Below are positions 1-9,694 of a stretch of DNA of 64,000 nucleotides, one piece after another. Made by a program: the position numbers and the translations under genes. This stretch comes from Anaerolineae bacterium (lineage in GTDB: Bacteria; Chloroflexota; Anaerolineae; Anaerolineales; RBG-16-64-43): assembly GCA_003141675.1 (NCBI GenBank), contig PLND01000034.1, forward strand, positions 17,488 to 81,487, read 5' to 3'. Each line of letters begins with the position of its first letter. Position 1 is the first letter of the stretch. The notes beneath the pieces were generated by a model. That model was given only the letters and a program-made list of their open reading frames with translations. It was not told the DNA's origin and did not search any database.

Positions 1-1
1 G

Positions 2-79
2 AAGGCTGCCACCTACAGCGGATTAAGGATTACCCAGACGGACGGCGTCTGGCAGGCGACGGTGGTGCTGGATGTTTAG
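2..79 (+). CDS. archease, C-terminal fragment (5' end lies outside the window)
   Basis: Open frame KAATYSGLRITQTDGVWQATVVLDV* ends at TAG 77-79, 12 nt before rtcB. The tail (W..vv.D[IV]) and the position directly upstream of rtcB fit archease. Confidence 0.45.
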   Translation, partial: KAATYSGLRITQTDGVWQATVVLDV

Positions 80-91
80 TGGGAATAGCCG

Positions 92-1543
92 ATGACTGTA
101 AAACACGATTTTCAAAAAGTGAAGGAATTCCTCTGGGAGCTGCCTGCTTCCCACCGGGAGGATATGCAAACGGCGGTTTGGATTGTCGCCGACGACGAAC
201 TCCTGGAAGACGCGCTCGGCGATCTATCGGTGGAGCAGGCGATGAACGTCGCCAGCCTGCCGGGGCTGGCGGGCAGGGTGGTGGTGATGCCAGACGTGCA
301 CCAGGGCTACGGCATGCCGATCGGCGGCGTGATGGCGGCAAAAATGGACGGCGGAATGATTTCTCCCGGCGCGGTCGGGTACGACATCAACTGCGGTGTG
401 CGCCTTCTTTCCACTTCCCTGGTTTGGGAGGAAGTGGAATCCCTCATCTCGGATCTTGCAACCGTGCTTTACCACAACTGTCCGAGCGGTGTAGGCGAGA
501 AAGGCAGCATTCCGCTGAGCACAGAGGAGCTCGACCGGGTATGCCGCGAGGGGTCAAGATGGGCGTTGCGCAAGGGGTACGCCACCAGGAGCGATGTGGA
601 ACGCACGGAGGAAGAGGGCTGCCTGGAAGGCGCCGACCCGCAGCAGGTATCACCCCGCGCCAAAGAGCGCGGACGGGGCCAGCTTGGAACGCTCGGCGCG
701 GGGAATCACTTTCTGGAAGTGGATGTGGTCGATCAGATCTTCGATGGAAACGCCGCCGCCGCAATGGGACTGCGGGAAGGGAATCTCGCGTTGCAAATCC
801 ACTGCGGCTCGCGCGGTTTCGGCCACCAGATCTGCACCGATTATGTACAAAGCTTTCAATCCGCGGTTAAGCGCTACGGGATAAAGCTTCCGGACCGCGA
901 GTTGGTTTGCGCGCCGGTCGAATCCCCCGAAGGGAAGGCGTATATGGGCGCGATGAAAGCCGCCGCGAACTTTGCCTTCGCTAACCGGCAACTGCTCGCC
1001 TTTCACGCCCGCCGCAGTTTCGAAGAGGTGCTGGGCGCGAAGGGCGTCCGCTGGGAACTCACACAGGTTTATGACATCGCCCACAACATGGCCAAGATCG
1101 AAACGCACACGATCTCCGGCCGGAAGGAGAAAGTCTGCGTGCACCGCAAGGGAGCCACGCGCGCCTTCGGTCCCGGCTTCGAGGGATTGCCCCCGGTTTA
1201 CCGCGCGCTTGGCCAGCCGGTGCTTGTCCCCGGGTCAATGGGGACGGCATCGTGGGTGTTGCTTGGAACGCAAGGCAGCATGGAGCTTTCCTACGGATCG
1301 TGCTGCCACGGGGCAGGGCGGGTGATGAGCCGAGCGCAGGCCAAGCGTGAAATCCGTGGCGAAAAGTTACGCAGCGAGCTGGAGCATCAAGGTGTCCGCA
1401 TCCGCACCGGCTCGTTGCCCGGTCTGGCCGAAGAGGCGCCGCGCGCATATAAAGACGTCGACCGCGTGATCGCGGCGGTGTGCGGAGCCGGGATCGGGAA
1501 GAAGGTCGCGCGGCTGCGGCCGGTGGCGGTGATCAAAGGATAG
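92..1543 (+). CDS. rtcB: RNA-splicing ligase RtcB
   Basis: 483-aa ORF with an ATG start. RtcB signatures are present: [47 protein letters not shown]. Confidence 0.95.
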   Translation: MTVKHDFQKVKEFLWELPASHREDMQTAVWIVADDELLEDALGDLSVEQAMNVASLPGLAGRVVVMPDVHQGYGMPIGGVMAAKMDGGMISPGAVGYDINCGVRLLSTSLVWEEVESLISDLATVLYHNCPSGVGEKGSIPLSTEELDRVCREGSRWALRKGYATRSDVERTEEEGCLEGADPQQVSPRAKERGRGQLGTLGAGNHFLEVDVVDQIFDGNAAAAMGLREGNLALQIHCGSRGFGHQICTDYVQSFQSAVKRYGIKLPDRELVCAPVESPEGKAYMGAMKAAANFAFANRQLLAFHARRSFEEVLGAKGVRWELTQVYDIAHNMAKIETHTISGRKEKVCVHRKGATRAFGPGFEGLPPVYRALGQPVLVPGSMGTASWVLLGTQGSMELSYGSCCHGAGRVMSRAQAKREIRGEKLRSELEHQGVRIRTGSLPGLAEEAPRAYKDVDRVIAAVCGAGIGKKVARLRPVAVIKG

Positions 1544-1557
1544 AATAAGAAGTACCC

Positions 1558-1974
1558 ATGAACATTTGGCTCAGATTATTCATGGCAACCCACGTGCTCG
1601 TGTACCGGCTCACCCGCGGGTTTCTCGGGAGCCGGATGGCGGGTCAATCCGTGCTGTTATTGCATACCATCGGCCGCAAATCGGGTAAAAACCGGATCAC
1701 TCCAATCAATTACTTTCGCGACGGGGAACGGTACGTGGTCGTCGCGTCGAATTGGGGGCGCAGCAATAACCCCAGTTGGTATATTAATCTGCAGAATCAA
1801 TCGGCCGTGACCATCCAGGTGAAGAACAAGGTAATAAAAGCCCGGCCGGAAGATGCTACGGGAGCGGAGTATCAAAAGCTGTGGAAATTGGTCACCGGGA
1901 AAAATGATTATTACGTGCGTTATCAAATACAAACGCAACGAACCATACCGATTGTTATCCTGATTCCGGAATAA
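1558..1974 (+). CDS. deazaflavin (F420H2)-dependent nitroreductase family protein (Ddn-like/DUF385)
   Basis: 138 aa. The segment HTIGRKSGKNRITPINYFRDGERYVVVASNWGRSNNPSWYINL is typical of the split-barrel F420-dependent family. Confidence 0.8.
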   Translation: MNIWLRLFMATHVLVYRLTRGFLGSRMAGQSVLLLHTIGRKSGKNRITPINYFRDGERYVVVASNWGRSNNPSWYINLQNQSAVTIQVKNKVIKARPEDATGAEYQKLWKLVTGKNDYYVRYQIQTQRTIPIVILIPE

Positions 1975-2018
1975 TTGGGGAGGGGAAAATCAACCAGAGG
2001 TAATTCACATAAGGAAAA

Positions 2019-2666
2019 ATGAAGAAAATGGAAGAACCGCAAAAGAACAATATCCCCCGCTGGCTGGAATGGGCGCGCGAGATCCAGGCCCTGGCCCAGA
2101 CCGGGTTGCATTACGCCCCCGACGATTACCATCGCGACCGGTACCGCAGGCTGATGGATATTGCCGTGGAGATCACCTCCGAGTCTGGCGGGCTTCCGCG
2201 CGAGAGAGTGGAGCGGGCGTTCACGGCCGCGCGCGGATATGCGACCCCGAAGGTTTCCGTGCGCGGCGCCGTCTTCCGCGGCGGAAAGATCCTCCTGGTG
2301 CGCGACCGCATCGACGGCGGCTGGTGCATGCCGGGCGGCTGGGCAGATGTTGGGGATTCGCCATCGGACATGGTTGAGCGTGAGGTGCTGGAAGAGAGCG
2401 GGCTGCGGGTGCGCGCCGCCCGTCTGGTGGGCGTCTATGACGCCAACAACGAGAGCGGGATACGGGATGTGATGCACCTCTACGACCTGTTATTTCTCTG
2501 CGACGACCTGGGTGGGGAACCGCATTCCAGCAATGAGACATCCGATGCGGGGTTTTTCGGAGAGGAAGAAATTCCTCCGCTATCCGGCACCCGTACGTCG
2601 CCCCGTTACCTGCGCGCGGTGTTCGCCTGCAGGGAGAACCCGGATCTTGCAGCGGAATTCGACTAA
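2019..2666 (+). CDS. NUDIX hydrolase with N-terminal helper domain
   Basis: 215 aa. It has an N-terminal WLEWAREIQALAQTGLHY...DRYRRL segment plus a Nudix box, GGWADVGDSPSDMVEREVLEESG. Confidence 0.85.
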   Translation: MKKMEEPQKNNIPRWLEWAREIQALAQTGLHYAPDDYHRDRYRRLMDIAVEITSESGGLPRERVERAFTAARGYATPKVSVRGAVFRGGKILLVRDRIDGGWCMPGGWADVGDSPSDMVEREVLEESGLRVRAARLVGVYDANNESGIRDVMHLYDLLFLCDDLGGEPHSSNETSDAGFFGEEEIPPLSGTRTSPRYLRAVFACRENPDLAAEFD

Positions 2667-2921
2667 ACCCGCTTTCTCCGTATGATCTCAGGTATAAAAA
2701 AAACGGTGAATAAGCAGATTAATTGAGAGATTCGCGGGCGGTTCCTTCGATTGGCGAAAAAACCATAAATATCCTTGCTTTTCCATCGAATTAAAAATGG
2801 GTTGGTACCGTTTCGCCGGTTGCCCGGGACGGGGAAAGTATCGTAGAATGAGGTTCTCGCATCCGTAGGCCGGGTGTGGGGTTTCCGCTATTATCGTCTT
2901 TTGGATCGGAAAGGAGCGCAC

Positions 2922-3596
2922 GTGTCGAATCAAATTCTACTCACGCTTGCGATCGTCGGGGGAACCGGCTCCGAGGGGAGCGGTCTGGCCATGCGGCTAG
3001 TGCGTTCCGGATATCGCGTCATCATCGGCTCGCGCTCGGCACAGAAAGCGACGGAACGGGCGACCGAATTAAACTCCACTATGGGGGAGCCTGGCCTGAT
3101 TTCCGGCGCGGAGAATCTGCAAGCCGTCCGGGAAGCGGACTTGGTCATGCTGACCGTCCCCTTCGCCGCGCAGCGTCAGATCATTGAAACCATCCGGCCT
3201 GCTCTGAAAGGCAAGATCCTCATCAATGTCGGCGCCTGTGTCAATCCCGACCGTCCCGCACAGGTGGAACTTCCGCCAGCCGGATCTTCGAGCCTCGATG
3301 CGCAGGAACAGCTCGGAGGCGACACGCGCGTTGTGGCGGCGTTCCAGAACGTTTCCTCCGAATACCTCAGTGATCCGGAACGGCCGATCGATTGCGACGT
3401 ATTGGTGTGCGGAGACGACGCCGAGGCGAAGGTGGCCGCCATGCATCTGGTGGAGGCCATCGGTTTGGTCGCCTACGACGCCGGACCCCTGAAAAACTCC
3501 ATCGTGGCCGAAGGAATGACCTCGATCCTGGTGGGCATCAACAAACGCTACCATGCGCGGTTGGCGGGCATCCGCATCACCGGCGTTTCCCAGTAA
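2922..3596 (+). CDS. npdG: NADPH-dependent F420 reductase
   Basis: Rossmann motif IVGGTGSEGSGLA and the overall NpdG/Fno pattern. GTG 2922, preceded by AAGGAG at 2911-2916, is preferred over the ORF-track start at 2874. Confidence 0.8.
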   Translation: MSNQILLTLAIVGGTGSEGSGLAMRLVRSGYRVIIGSRSAQKATERATELNSTMGEPGLISGAENLQAVREADLVMLTVPFAAQRQIIETIRPALKGKILINVGACVNPDRPAQVELPPAGSSSLDAQEQLGGDTRVVAAFQNVSSEYLSDPERPIDCDVLVCGDDAEAKVAAMHLVEAIGLVAYDAGPLKNSIVAEGMTSILVGINKRYHARLAGIRITGVSQ

Positions 3597-3614
3597 CGGT
3601 TAAGGAACGCAAGC

Positions 3615-4391
3615 TTGACCGCGGGGCGTTCGCTTTTCCTCACCGCACTCTCGGATTTTCCCCTCATCCGCCCGGGCGACGATCTCGCCGGACTGATTCT
3701 GCAATCGCTGGATCGCAACCACCTTCTACTGGAATCCGGGGACGTGTTGGTTCTCGCGCAAAAGATCGTCTCCAAGAGCGAGAACCGGTTGGTCGATCTG
3801 ACCACGATCACGCCTTCGCGGCGCGCCATCGATCTATCCATACTATGCGAAAAAGACCCGCGCTTCGTGGAGGTCGTCCTGCGCGAAAGCCGCGAGGTGT
3901 TGCGGGTGCGTCCCGGGCTCCTGGTTGTCGAGCATCGCCTGGGGTTCGTGTGCGCCAACGCCGGCATCGACCGCTCGAATGTGGGAAGAGCCAACGGGAA
4001 GGCCGAGTGGGTGTTGCTGCTCCCAGAGGATCCGGATGCCAGCTGCCGGACGCTTCGTGAGCGGATCCGGCAGGCGATAGGTGCCGTGATTGGTGTGATC
4101 ATCAACGATTCCCACGGGCGGGCCTGGCGTAACGGAACCGTCGGGATGGCGATCGGCGTGGGGGGATTTCCCGCGTTGGAAGATCTCCGTGGAAGGAAGG
4201 ACCTCTTCGACTACACGCTTCAGATCACCCAGGTGGCCGTAGCCGATGAGCTGGCCGCCGCCGCTTCGCTCCTGATGGGGCAGGCCGACGAAGCGCTGCC
4301 GGTTATCCATGCGCGCGGCTTTCCGTATCCCATGCGGGAATCCTCGCTGGTGGAACTCGTTCGTCCAAAAGAAATCGACGCCTTTCGGTAA
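3615..4391 (+). CDS. cofE: coenzyme F420-0:L-glutamate ligase
   Basis: 258 aa. CofE/FbiB N-domain motifs are present: LVLAQKIVSKSE, GFVCANAGIDRSNV, NDSHGRAWRNG. TTG start with AAGGAA upstream. Confidence 0.9.
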   Translation: MTAGRSLFLTALSDFPLIRPGDDLAGLILQSLDRNHLLLESGDVLVLAQKIVSKSENRLVDLTTITPSRRAIDLSILCEKDPRFVEVVLRESREVLRVRPGLLVVEHRLGFVCANAGIDRSNVGRANGKAEWVLLLPEDPDASCRTLRERIRQAIGAVIGVIINDSHGRAWRNGTVGMAIGVGGFPALEDLRGRKDLFDYTLQITQVAVADELAAAASLLMGQADEALPVIHARGFPYPMRESSLVELVRPKEIDAFR

Positions 4392-4429
4392 TCGCCCGCA
4401 CCACGAAAAAATATTGGAGGATATTCAAT

Positions 4430-5005
4430 ATGGAGGCTGAACGGGAGGAGGATCGCGCCTGGAAGGTCGTCCGCTCGGAGCCGGGGCCGGAATTGATCCT
4501 TTTCAAGACGCGTTTCGACTGGCTCGCCAATCCGCGCAATCAAAAGATCATGCGGGCGGTCATCCTTGAAGCCCGGGATTGGGTGAACGTGGTTGCGCTC
4601 ACACCGCAGGAGCGGATCGTCATGGTCAGCCAGTTCCGTTTTGGGGTCAGGCAACTCTCACTGGAAGTTCCCGCCGGGCTGGTCGATCCGGGGGAAACGC
4701 CGTTGCAGGCCGCCATTCGCGAGTTGGACGAGGAAACGGGATACACCGCGAGGGAATGGAAATCGCTCGGATGGTCCTTTCCCAACCCGGCGTTTCTAAA
4801 CAACCGCATGTACAACTTTCTCGCGCTGGACGCGCAACGCACACGCTCGCCGCATCCGGAGGACGGGGAAGACTTGGAGACTTTAGAGCTTTCACTCGAC
4901 GAAATCCAACATGCCATCCAAACGGACGGCATGCGAAACTCCAATACCCTGCTTGCCCTCGCGCGGGTTTTTGACCTGCGCGGGGAAAAGAATAGCATGG
5001 ATTGA
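4430..5005 (+). CDS. NUDIX hydrolase (ADP-ribose pyrophosphatase-like)
   Basis: 191 aa with Nudix box GLVDPGETPLQAAIRELDEETGY. Confidence 0.85.
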   Translation: MEAEREEDRAWKVVRSEPGPELILFKTRFDWLANPRNQKIMRAVILEARDWVNVVALTPQERIVMVSQFRFGVRQLSLEVPAGLVDPGETPLQAAIRELDEETGYTAREWKSLGWSFPNPAFLNNRMYNFLALDAQRTRSPHPEDGEDLETLELSLDEIQHAIQTDGMRNSNTLLALARVFDLRGEKNSMD

Positions 5006-5161
5006 TAACGCAGGGAATCAATCGATAACGATAAAAATACTTGCCATGCTAGTGTAATCACGGGCCTTCCGGCCGAGGAAAGGTTTCGTGGGGGCTGACA
5101 GAAGCCATAAAAGACGTCTCGCCCATTGATGGATGAAGCAACCGAAAAGGTGATGTTCGTC

Positions 5162-5235
5162 ATGCCCGCGTGCTCCAAGCGGGCATCTAGGAAAGGCCGT
5201 ACAGATCTGGATTCCCGCCGAGTACACGCGGGAAT
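5162..5235. repeat. two tandem REP-like hairpins (ATGCCCGC-N9-GCGGGCAT and ATTCCCGC-N9-GCGGGAAT)
   Basis: Two 8-bp GC-rich stems, each with a 9-nt loop, at 5162-5186 and 5211-5235. They lie in the 373-bp gap inside the F420 gene block. Confidence 0.6.
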
Positions 5236-5396
5236 GACAGCAGTCATAAAGCAATGTTGTGATCATTTGCGGGAGCGACATCCCACTCGATAATGGCCGT
5301 CATATTTACTTAATAAGGCGCGTGGTCTTTTAACCGGAAGAAACGCATAGTGTAGGCTTAGGAACAACTCCGGTACAATTGTTCCTGTGGAGCGCA

Positions 5397-5996
5397 ATGA
5401 CAATTAACATGAATATTATCTACACCAGACGATCGATTAGGAAATTCCGTCCCGATCCTGTGCCGGAAGATTCAACCCGGCGCTTGCTCGAAGCCGCAAA
5501 CGCCGCTCCCTCTGCGCATAACACGCGCCCATGGCGCTTCGTTGTTTTGCGGGATGCGGACGAACGTCGATTACTGGCTGAAGGGATGGCTGCAGCTTAC
5601 GCGCGCGACGCCCGCGCGGACGGGATGGATCCGGAGAAAATCCGCAGCCGCAATGAGCATTCGGTGGAACGAATTACAGGTGCGCCGCTGGCCATCCTCG
5701 CCTGCATGGACGAAGCTTGCGTTCCGGAAAATTCCGGCCGGAGTACGGAAGGGGAGCGGCTGCTGCTTACCCAAAGTGTGGCTGCTGCGGTGGAGAATCT
5801 TTTATTGGCTGCGGCCGATGAAAAATTGGGCGCATGTTGGTTATGTGCCCCCGCCTTTTGCCCGCAATCCGTCGCGGCAACGCTGGTGCTCCCGAAAAAT
5901 TGGATCGCCCAGGCATTGATCCTGATCGGGGTTCCAGCGGAAACGCCGGCAAAACCGAACGGGCATACTCTCGATGAGGTCGTGCAATGGCGCTAG
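5397..5996 (+). CDS. nitroreductase-family protein resembling the FbiB C-terminal (dehydro-F420-0 reductase) domain
   Basis: Nitroreductase-fold motifs IYTRRSIRKF and APSAHNTRPW. It sits between cofE and cofD and overlaps the cofD start by 10 nt. ATG 5397 is preferred because TTG 5379 lies within a hairpin. Confidence 0.7.
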   Translation: MTINMNIIYTRRSIRKFRPDPVPEDSTRRLLEAANAAPSAHNTRPWRFVVLRDADERRLLAEGMAAAYARDARADGMDPEKIRSRNEHSVERITGAPLAILACMDEACVPENSGRSTEGERLLLTQSVAAAVENLLLAAADEKLGACWLCAPAFCPQSVAATLVLPKNWIAQALILIGVPAETPAKPNGHTLDEVVQWR

Positions 5997-6946
5997 GGGA
6001 ATTTGACGATTGGAAGATCGTCGCACTGGCCGGCGGTGTGGGGGGCGCGAAATTGGCGCACGGACTGGCGCAGATTCTTCCGGCGGAAAACCTCACGGTC
6101 GTGGTCAACGTCGCCGACGATTTTGAACAGTACGGGTTGACCGTTTGTCCCGATCTGGATACGGTCATGTATACGCTGGCGGGGATCGCGGCGCGTGAAA
6201 CCGGTTGGGGGATCGAGGGAGATACCTTCCGGTGCATCGAAGCGCTCGCCAAGCTCGGCGCACCCGATTGGTTCCGTTTGGGCGACCGGGACCTGGCGAC
6301 GCACCTTGCGCGCACGCGTTGGTTATGGGATGGTGCGACACTCACCGATGCCACCCGACGGCTATGCGAATCCTTCGAAGTCCGGCAATCGATCCTCCCT
6401 TGTACGGACGACCTTTTACGGACGATCGTAGAGACGGATGAGGGCGACCTGGAATTTCAGGACTATTTCGTCCGCCGCAGGTTCGAACCCACAGTGCGCG
6501 GGTTCCACCTGCGCGGATTACCTGCGGCGCTTCCTTCGCGGGAATTTCTCGAGGCGCTGGACTCGGCGGATGCGACCGTGCTGTGCCCCTCCAATCCATT
6601 CGTGAGTCTGGGTCCGATTCTCGCTCTGCCGGGCGTGCGCGAGAAAGTGGCGGCCAAAGCTGCCGTGGCGGTTACGCCGATCATCGGCGGCCGGGCGGTC
6701 AAGGGGCCGTTAGCGAAGATGTTTCTCGAACTGGGCCGCGAGTCCTCCGCGGTCGAAGCGGCGCGCGAATACCGCGGGATCATCCGCGGGTTTCTCCTCG
6801 ACCGGCAGGATGTCTCGCGAAAGGAAGAAATCGAGGCGTTCGGCTTTCAAGTGAAGATCGCCGATACACTGATGGGCGACGATCTGCAAAGGAAGAATTT
6901 GGCCGCGGAAACTTTGCGCTTTATCCGAACGGGCTTATCGGGATGA
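5987..6946 (+). CDS. cofD: 2-phospho-L-lactate (or EPPG) transferase
   Basis: 319 aa. Motifs: ALAGGVGGAKLAHGL, DLDTVMYTLAG, LGDRDLATH. Confidence 0.9.
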   Translation: MALGEFDDWKIVALAGGVGGAKLAHGLAQILPAENLTVVVNVADDFEQYGLTVCPDLDTVMYTLAGIAARETGWGIEGDTFRCIEALAKLGAPDWFRLGDRDLATHLARTRWLWDGATLTDATRRLCESFEVRQSILPCTDDLLRTIVETDEGDLEFQDYFVRRRFEPTVRGFHLRGLPAALPSREFLEALDSADATVLCPSNPFVSLGPILALPGVREKVAAKAAVAVTPIIGGRAVKGPLAKMFLELGRESSAVEAAREYRGIIRGFLLDRQDVSRKEEIEAFGFQVKIADTLMGDDLQRKNLAAETLRFIRTGLSG

Positions 6947-7557
6947 AACGGTGGGTTATCGTTCCGGTTAAGCGGCTTACCGCCGCCAAGTCCCGTCTAT
7001 CGCCGGCGCTTTCAGTGCGGCAACGCCGGCTTCTTGCCCATGCGTTACTGAATCACACATTGAAAACCTTGCGCGGCTTGAACGGGATCGAGGGGATCCT
7101 GGTGGTTAGCAAGGATCGCGCGGTGCGTTCGATCGCCGGAAAATTCGGCGCGGTCTTCGTGCGCGAGGGGGATTGCGACGGTTTGAACCGGGCGTTGGCA
7201 CGGGCCACGGGCGAGGCCGTTGTGCGGGGAGCGGAGGCGGTGATGGTTCTTCCGGCCGATCTGCCGCTACTCCGGGCGCGGGATTTGGTGCGAGTTTTGC
7301 GCCAGGCCCGCCGTTCGCCGTTTGTGGTGATTGCACCGGATCGGGGAGAGCGGGGGACAAACCTGCTCTATCTTTCGCCTCCCGGGATCATAAAATTTTC
7401 CTTCGGCGAACGTTCATTCAAGAAGCATCTTCAATCGTCGCGCAGGAAAAAAATTCGCGTGAGCGTATTACGGACGTTGGCTTTTGCGCAAGATATTGAT
7501 CGTCCCGAGGATTTGTCAATCCTCCGCGATCCATTTCGGTTTCCGATACCGTTGTAA
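6943..7557 (+). CDS. cofC: phospholactate/phosphoenolpyruvate guanylyltransferase
   Basis: ATG 6943 overlaps the cofD stop (ATGA). MKRWVIVPVKRLTAAKSRL and LPADLPLL are typical of CofC/FbiD. The ORF-track start at 6583 is an upstream extension in the same frame. Confidence 0.85.
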   Translation: MKRWVIVPVKRLTAAKSRLSPALSVRQRRLLAHALLNHTLKTLRGLNGIEGILVVSKDRAVRSIAGKFGAVFVREGDCDGLNRALARATGEAVVRGAEAVMVLPADLPLLRARDLVRVLRQARRSPFVVIAPDRGERGTNLLYLSPPGIIKFSFGERSFKKHLQSSRRKKIRVSVLRTLAFAQDIDRPEDLSILRDPFRFPIPL

Positions 7558-7666
7558 ATGATAATCGCATTAGAAATGCGGAAAATCTTCACATTTTCAA
7601 CCTATAATCTTTTATAAAAATAATGGCTTCACGGATTCCATTTGAAGCAGCCGTTGATCTCCTTTT

Positions 7667-9694
7667 GTGGCCAAGGTGAAAATAATGAAATGGAAAACGG
7701 GCAGAAGTAACCGTACGGCAATTTGCTTGGCAGTGTTTGCATTCTTCGCACTGACAGGCTGCGGGGCACCGGCCGCGGCGAAAAAGTCCACCACGACCAT
7801 CCCCGTCTTGCCCTCTTTCCAACCGTCGGCGACCGCCACTTCGACGCCAACCGCGACACTGGTTCCGGAAAAGACCTGGAAAAGCTATGGTCCGGAAAGC
7901 GGGCTCATTCATACCCTGGCGCTGGATCCGTCGGCTCCATCCACCCTGTATGCCGGCACGGATGACGCCGGTGTGTTTAAAAGCACCGACGGCGGCGGAG
8001 AGTGGACCGCGGTCAACGGCGGGTTGACCGCAATACACATTAACGCACTGGCGATCGACCCTCGAACCGCGGGAACCCTCTTTGCGGGAACGGACGATGG
8101 CGGAATCTTCCGAAGCACAAACGGCGGAGATAACTGGCTTGTCTTGAACAATGGGCTGACCGCGAATCAGATTAATGCGGTGGCGATCGATCCGGTTACC
8201 CCGACCACCCTCTACGCCGGGACCGATGTCGGTATTTTCGTAAGCATTAATGAGGGCGCAAGATGGGACTCGATCAATCAAGGTCTGTTGGATCAAAATG
8301 TCGACGCACTGGTGATAGATCCGGCAGCGCCGGCCACGCTCTATGCGGGGACGATCGGAGAGGGTGTATTCATGAGCACCAATGGCGGCGAGTCCTGGAG
8401 CGCGGTCAACAACGGTTTGACCGCCGCGAATGCCTACGCCCTGACGATCGATCCGTCGACATCCGCCACAATCTACGTCGGAACGGAGAAGGGCGTCTTT
8501 GCGACCACGAACGGCGGAAGAGTGTGGAATGCAGTCGGTTCCGGGTTCGCCGATGCTTCCGTTCCCGCTCTGGCGCTCGACCCATCAACGCCGGCCACTC
8601 TTTATGCAGGAACATCCAGCGGCGTTGTGTGGAAGAGCATCAACGGCGGCGGGGATTGGAATGCGGTTGCCACGGGCCTTCCCAACATCCCGATTGAGGT
8701 TCTAGTGGCCAATCCGGCGGCGCCCTCTACGCTTTACGCGGGGACGTTCGGCGGAGGCGTGTTCCAAAGTACAAACGGCGGCGAAGGATGGAAAATGGTC
8801 AACGCCGGAATGATGGATACCGATGTGAATACCATGGCGATGGCCCCGTCGGTGTCAAAGACGATCTATGCGGGAACGAAATATGGCGGTGTGTTTAAAT
8901 CTTCCGACGGTGGACTGAAATGGAGCATCGTCGATACTGGATTGACCGCATACAATATTTTGGCGTTGGCAATCGACCCGGTTGCACCCGCCACGCTGTA
9001 TGCGGGAACGGATCGGGGTATCTTTAAAAGCACGGACGGTGCGGAAAATTGGAAACCGCTGGATGTCGAGTTTATTAATTATCGTGCAGTGTATGCATTG
9101 GCTGTGGATCCAATTACGACGACGAATCTCTATGCGGGCGTCTTCGGCTATGGCGTGTATTCCAGTACCAATAGCGGCGGATTTTGGAGCGTGAGCAACA
9201 CCGGCTTAACCACGAATTGGGTGGACGCGATCGCGATTGATCCGGCGACTCCGACGACAATTTACGCGGGGACCAACAATGGCGGGGTATTCAAAACCAC
9301 CAACGGCGGCCGGTACTGGAAACCGGCCAACACCGGTTTGACAATACCCCAGATAAATACTTTAGCAATTGATCCCGTCACGCCGACCACACTCTATGCA
9401 GGGACAAAGAACGGCGTTTACACCAGCCCGGACGGCGGGAAAAATTGGACGCCGTGCAACACGAACTTAACATCCGCCTACATCGATGCGTTAGCCGTCG
9501 ATCCAGTGACCCCGACCACCCTCTATGCGGGAACGGAAAAAGGTGTGTATCAAAGCATCAACGCTGGTAGCAGCTGGAGCGTAGTCGGGACCAGTCCCCT
9601 GGATATGGAAATCAACGCCGTGATGATTGATCCTATCATGCGTACCACGTTGTACGCAGCGGCATATCGCGCGGGTGTGCTCATTTTCCAATAG
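7667..9694 (+). CDS. secreted lipoprotein with about 14 Asp-box (BNR-like) beta-propeller repeats
   Basis: Signal peptide plus lipobox (AFFALTGC); an alternative ATG lies at 7685. A unit of about 46 aa repeats about 14 times: IDP..P.TLYAGT..GGVFKSTNGG..W...N.GL, containing the S-x-[DN]-G-G-x-x-W Asp-box. Confidence 0.85.
   Translation: MAKVKIMKWKTGRSNRTAICLAVFAFFALTGCGAPAAAKKSTTTIPVLPSFQPSATATSTPTATLVPEKTWKSYGPESGLIHTLALDPSAPSTLYAGTDDAGVFKSTDGGGEWTAVNGGLTAIHINALAIDPRTAGTLFAGTDDGGIFRSTNGGDNWLVLNNGLTANQINAVAIDPVTPTTLYAGTDVGIFVSINEGARWDSINQGLLDQNVDALVIDPAAPATLYAGTIGEGVFMSTNGGESWSAVNNGLTAANAYALTIDPSTSATIYVGTEKGVFATTNGGRVWNAVGSGFADASVPALALDPSTPATLYAGTSSGVVWKSINGGGDWNAVATGLPNIPIEVLVANPAAPSTLYAGTFGGGVFQSTNGGEGWKMVNAGMMDTDVNTMAMAPSVSKTIYAGTKYGGVFKSSDGGLKWSIVDTGLTAYNILALAIDPVAPATLYAGTDRGIFKSTDGAENWKPLDVEFINYRAVYALAVDPITTTNLYAGVFGYGVYSSTNSGGFWSVSNTGLTTNWVDAIAIDPATPTTIYAGTNNGGVFKTTNGGRYWKPANTGLTIPQINTLAIDPVTPTTLYAGTKNGVYTSPDGGKNWTPCNTNLTSAYIDALAVDPVTPTTLYAGTEKGVYQSINAGSSWSVVGTSPLDMEINAVMIDPIMRTTLYAAAYRAGVLIFQ

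Noticed and set aside
7850-9690. The 138-bp periodic DNA repeat, as a possible non-coding tandem repeat or mobile element.
   Set aside because: The periodicity is in-frame throughout a single 675-aa ORF and corresponds to Asp-box propeller blades. It is a coding repeat.
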